The translations under genes were made by a program, and so were the position numbers. The notes beneath the pieces were generated by a model. It made no database searches. It had not been told where the DNA came from and worked only from the letters and a program-made list of their open reading frames with translations. Shown in pieces: positions 20,643 to 24,000 of a stretch of 24,000 nt of DNA; the stretch's first letter is position 1; each line of letters starts with the position of its first letter. The DNA comes from an uncultured Candidatus Saccharibacteria bacterium (GTDB taxonomy: Bacteria; Patescibacteriota; Saccharimonadia; Saccharimonadales; CAZLKQ01), in assembly GCA_964560175.1 (NCBI GenBank), contig CAZLKQ010000004.1, forward strand, positions 8,019-32,018, in the 5' to 3' direction.

Positions 20643-22382
20643 ATGAAAAGATTTATTAAACATCTGTTTTTGGCGCTATTAGCGGTTGTCGTTCTAGCAT
20701 TACCGGCCACGGCAGCCCCGCCCGCCGAACTAACTATTTTCAGTCGCTACACTGTGGCTGAGACTGGCCGGACCACCAGAGTCGTCCACACCATTTCACC
20801 TAACGCCACTGGTGCTTTGAGCTTGAGTTTTCCCCACGGCGAAGTCCAAAATGCCAAATTGACCGCCGACAGCGGCCAAACCAGCTTGCCGGTTACCGCT
20901 CAAACCAGCGAGATTGACCACTTGGGCGGCAAATTATCACAAACAACCTTCGACTTTACGGTCACCAAACTTACAATTTTAGAGTTGAGCTACGATACCG
21001 ATCACGTGTTCGGCGAATTCGCAAATAGCTCCGTCTTTGTCTTGCCAGCTCAAACCAACATTGCCATCAAACGGGTAACCGTAGACTTGCCGACCTCGCG
21101 GGGGCTGGCTCTCAGCTTTGCCGGTCCGTCCAATGAAACCTCAATCGGCAGCGGTCACCAGATTTACCAATTCTTGCCAAGCGGGTCCGGTGTACCACAG
21201 ATTAAATTGATTCTTGGTAGCGCTACCACTGCCAAGCTAAAAATCAACCAAAAACTTTCCAACGGCAGTTGGTGGTGGAAGACCGTCAGCTTGGTACTGC
21301 CACCAGACACTAATCAACAAACCGTCTACCTCGAGAATCTGAGCCCCAAGCCCAGCCACATGGGCGTTGATCGTGACGGCAACATCAGGGTTGAATACCG
21401 GCTAGCTCCCAAAAAGTCTGTCGACATCTCAGCTGAAGCACTGATAAGTCTCAAAACCGTCAATTACAACACCTTAAACACCCGTACAGTAGCCGACGTG
21501 CCACAACTGCTGCGTGACTACGCTACCGACGCCGGTGACGCCAACCAAGCCGTCGTCAATCTTGTCAAAACAGCCTATGACGACAGCGTCACAGAACTTG
21601 CCAAGGTTGCCACTAAAGCCGAACGTGACAAATTGGTAGCCGATTTGACCAGCAAAATTACCGGCCAAGGCGTGCCGGCCCGGGTAATTCACGGCGTGAC
21701 ATTTGTCAGTTCAGGCCAGTTATCCACAGATTCCACGAATTCCAGCTGGGTGGAGGCTTTTGTGCCCGGAATAGGCTGGATGAGCGTCGACCCGTTGAGC
21801 CAGCAATTTGGTCAAGTCGACTGGCTCAGACTAGCTACTGCAATCACTAGTCAGGTTAGCAGTCCTGGGCTACCGACTGGCGATGGTTTGAAATTGGAAT
21901 ACAAGGCAGAAAATTTGCCCCTAGCTGATTATTCAAAGACTTCTGTCAAACTGGTCAAATATCCGCTACTGCCGCTTGTTAGCTTGGCAAGGGCCGAAGT
22001 AATCATGCCTCCAGGTAATGTTTTAGATGGCAGTGTAGCCAGTGGTCCAGGAATAACCAAGGTGCTTGGCTCGCTAGTGCCGTTACAAAAATCCCGCACT
22101 TTGAGCCTGGCTCTTGGCAGTAATGCCACTAGTCGCGGCGAAGTTCAGTTTGGACGCGGCGGCAGCGACGGTATCGGCGAAGTTTTGGCAACCGGACCAA
22201 CGAGTTTGAGCTGGTGGGCAGTCGGCATTGAAGTCGCAACTTTGGCATTGATCATCTTGGCAATGATAAAATGGCGTAGATCAGGTAAAAAAACCCAATC
22301 CGTGCCTCGGCTCGATGAGGCACCGCCGGAAGGGGAAATCGCGGCCGAGGATTTACTAAAACCTCCAACTAACGATATCTGA
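20643..22382 (+). CDS. secreted, C-terminally membrane-anchored protein with a degenerate transglutaminase-like core
   Basis: 579 aa. Signal peptide LALLAVVVLALPATAAPP. The segment GQGVPARVIHGV...SSWVEAFVPGIGWMSVDP resembles the GIPAR...HAW.E.....GW..DP core of transglutaminase-like proteins. The C-terminal TM segment is WWAVGIEVATLALIILAMIKWRRSGKK. Confidence 0.6.
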   Translation: MKRFIKHLFLALLAVVVLALPATAAPPAELTIFSRYTVAETGRTTRVVHTISPNATGALSLSFPHGEVQNAKLTADSGQTSLPVTAQTSEIDHLGGKLSQTTFDFTVTKLTILELSYDTDHVFGEFANSSVFVLPAQTNIAIKRVTVDLPTSRGLALSFAGPSNETSIGSGHQIYQFLPSGSGVPQIKLILGSATTAKLKINQKLSNGSWWWKTVSLVLPPDTNQQTVYLENLSPKPSHMGVDRDGNIRVEYRLAPKKSVDISAEALISLKTVNYNTLNTRTVADVPQLLRDYATDAGDANQAVVNLVKTAYDDSVTELAKVATKAERDKLVADLTSKITGQGVPARVIHGVTFVSSGQLSTDSTNSSWVEAFVPGIGWMSVDPLSQQFGQVDWLRLATAITSQVSSPGLPTGDGLKLEYKAENLPLADYSKTSVKLVKYPLLPLVSLARAEVIMPPGNVLDGSVASGPGITKVLGSLVPLQKSRTLSLALGSNATSRGEVQFGRGGSDGIGEVLATGPTSLSWWAVGIEVATLALIILAMIKWRRSGKKTQSVPRLDEAPPEGEIAAEDLLKPPTNDI

Positions 22383-22390
22383 TCTAGAAA

Positions 22391-23872
22391 GTGGTAAGTA
22401 TTACCGATACTGCTAAAAAGCCATTTTTTATTACATGTGCCATCCCGTATACCAATGCGCCGGCGCATATTGGCCATGCATTGGAATTTATCCAGACTGA
22501 CTGCTTGGCTCGCTACCAGCGCGCGCAGGGCTATGACGTGCTGCTCCAACACGGCGCCGATGAGCACGGCAGCAAAAACTACCAAAAAGCCCTAGAGCTA
22601 AACAAGACACCACAAGCTTTTGTCGATGAAATTACCGAAAAATTTATGAGCGTTCATAAAATTTTAAACATCAGCTACGACCGTTTCATCCGCACGTCTA
22701 GCGCCGAGCACAAAAAGGGCGCCACGGCCTTTTGGGAAGTCCTGGTGGCAGCCGGCGATATCTACAAAAGCCGCTATGAAGGCCTGTACTGCGTCGGCTG
22801 CGAGGCTTTCGTGACCGAAGCCCAAGCCAACGAAAATGGCGGCAGCTGCCCGATTCACGAACGGCCTTACGAAAAACTATCAGAAGAAAATTATTTTTTT
22901 CGTTTATCCAAATACACCGATCAGATCAAACAGGCCATCCAGACCGACCGTCTGAGGATCGTGCCCGAAACTCGCAAGCATGAGATATTGTCGTTGATCG
23001 AAGACGGCTTGCAAGATCTGTCGGCTTCTCGGCCAAAAGACAAACTCCCCTGGGGCGTAGGAGTTCCAGGCGACGAGACTCAAGTCATGTACGTCTGGTT
23101 TGAAGCCCTGATGAATTATCTGACGGTGCTGGGCTATCCGGGAGGCGACTTCGCCCATTATTGGCCGGCCCAAGTCCAAGTCATCGGTAAAGACATTCTC
23201 AGATTTCACGCCGCCATCTGGCCGGCCATGCTGCTGTCAGCCAAGCTGGAACTGCCGGCCACGCTTTATGTCCATGGTTTTGTCAACGTCGACGGCAAGA
23301 AAATGAGCAAAACTGCCGGTAACGGCGTCGATCCGTTCGAAGTCGTGAGCCAGTACGGCGTCGATGCTTTCCGCTACTATCTGCTGCGGCACATTCCATC
23401 CGGTGAAGACGGTGATTTTACCTGGGAAAAATTCGAACGGGCCTACAACGGCGAACTAGCCAACGATCTGGGAAACTTAGTGCTGCGGGTGGCCAATATG
23501 ATCCTGCAGTACCAAAAAGGCGCCACCGGCGAGGCCCCCGCCCACGAGCATGACGAAGGCGCTTATCACCGGGCTTTTAGTGAGATGCGCTTTGACAAGG
23601 CATTAGGTGCCGTTTGGCAGGAAATCCAGAGTCTAAATGAGTACATTGAGCAGGAAAAGCCTTGGATCTTGGCCAAAGAAGACCCCGAGCATTTAGGTGA
23701 GGTTTTGGCTTACCTGACCGGTTCTCTGTTGCAGATTACCGATCTGTTAGTACCTTTTTTGCCCGATACCAGCGATAAAATCCGCAAAATTTTCGGCTCT
23801 GGAGTCATACCCGACAAACTTGAGCCGCTCTTCCCCAAAATCCACAACTACACCGAAACCAGTAGCCAGTAG
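22391..23872 (+). CDS. metG: methionyl-tRNA synthetase (short form, no C-terminal tRNA-binding domain)
   Basis: 493 aa. HIGH motif PAHIGHA, KMSKT motif, and a CVGCEAF...CPIHE knuckle. The GTG start at 22391 is uncertain, as I see no SD or -10 upstream. Confidence 0.93.
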   Translation: MVSITDTAKKPFFITCAIPYTNAPAHIGHALEFIQTDCLARYQRAQGYDVLLQHGADEHGSKNYQKALELNKTPQAFVDEITEKFMSVHKILNISYDRFIRTSSAEHKKGATAFWEVLVAAGDIYKSRYEGLYCVGCEAFVTEAQANENGGSCPIHERPYEKLSEENYFFRLSKYTDQIKQAIQTDRLRIVPETRKHEILSLIEDGLQDLSASRPKDKLPWGVGVPGDETQVMYVWFEALMNYLTVLGYPGGDFAHYWPAQVQVIGKDILRFHAAIWPAMLLSAKLELPATLYVHGFVNVDGKKMSKTAGNGVDPFEVVSQYGVDAFRYYLLRHIPSGEDGDFTWEKFERAYNGELANDLGNLVLRVANMILQYQKGATGEAPAHEHDEGAYHRAFSEMRFDKALGAVWQEIQSLNEYIEQEKPWILAKEDPEHLGEVLAYLTGSLLQITDLLVPFLPDTSDKIRKIFGSGVIPDKLEPLFPKIHNYTETSSQ

Positions 23873-23903
23873 CCAGTAGTGAGTATTCGGTATTGGGTAT
23901 GTT
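23862..23903 (+). repeat. GTAG/GTAT heptad array E2 overlapping the metG stop codon
   Basis: Six units in exact 7-nt phase: GTAGCCA GTAGCCA GTAGTGA GTATTCG GTATTGG GTATGTT. The real stop TAG (23870-23872) belongs to unit 2. Confidence 0.6.
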
Positions 23904-23938
23904 AGAAGGAGCGTTCCTATTTGAATTTCTGTTGCTGG

Positions 23939-23944
23939 TAAACT
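23939..23944 (+). promoter_or_regulatory. -10 box TAAACT, 6 nt upstream of ATG 23951 (leaderless-type)
   Basis: Read directly. It has the same geometry as the other leaderless candidates. Confidence 0.35.
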
Positions 23945-23950
23945 AGCAGC

Positions 23951-24000
23951 ATGCAATTAGATCTAGCGAACAAAATATTCACCGTACATCAGCTTCCAAA
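23951..24000 (+). CDS. 5' end of an unidentified CDS running off the window (MQLDLANKIFTVHQLP...)
   Basis: Open frame from ATG 23951 to the window edge, preceded by a -10 box at the recurrent 6-nt distance. It is too short to identify. Confidence 0.3.
   Translation, partial: MQLDLANKIFTVHQLP

Noticed and set aside
1-24000. Alternative genetic code (UGA recoding, as in some CPR lineages)
   Set aside because: Conserved proteins of normal length end at TGA (pcrA 16266; also the membrane protein 3022 and the 20643-22382 gene). No conserved gene is interrupted by in-frame TGA under the standard code.

Overview
This is a 24-kb chromosomal window, mostly + strand, from a Gram-positive-type bacterium. 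That call rests on an LPRTG sortase substrate, an RpfB-like muralytic protein and PcrA. I guess a small-genome Saccharibacteria/CPR-like lineage, but this is unverified. The standard genetic code fits, because long conserved ORFs end at TGA, TAA and TAG.

Recognisable housekeeping genes are pgk-tpiA, pcrA, rsmA(ksgA), pgeF(yfiH), metG and tRNA-Glu(UUC). There are also two Nudix hydrolases, a PPC/DUF296 protein, a GAF histidine kinase with no adjacent response regulator, and a umuD/umuC translesion cassette. A minus-strand two-gene surface-protein operon sits at 4943-7840. The leftmost 3 kb is visibly AT-richer and carries an EamA-like permease, an ornithine/DAP-type PLP decarboxylase and a membrane protein.

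The most unusual content is non-coding.
- A family of ~110-120-nt intergenic imperfect palindromes is built from 7-nt-periodic CATT/CGTT and AATGG/AACGG units around a CCATGG apex. There are 4 clear copies plus one possible degenerate copy. Each starts just after a stop codon, and three end just before a leaderless promoter.
- A RayT-like HUH/Y1 transposase gene lies between umuD and umuC, flanked by these repeats.
- 7-nt-periodic (G)TAG arrays incorporate the real stop codons of three genes.
- A -10 box sits 6-8 nt upstream of the start codon at about 8 genes, suggesting leaderless mRNAs.
- A ~160-nt concentric hairpin pairs the rsmA Shine-Dalgarno and start codon.

All family calls come from motifs read by eye. 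No database search was possible.
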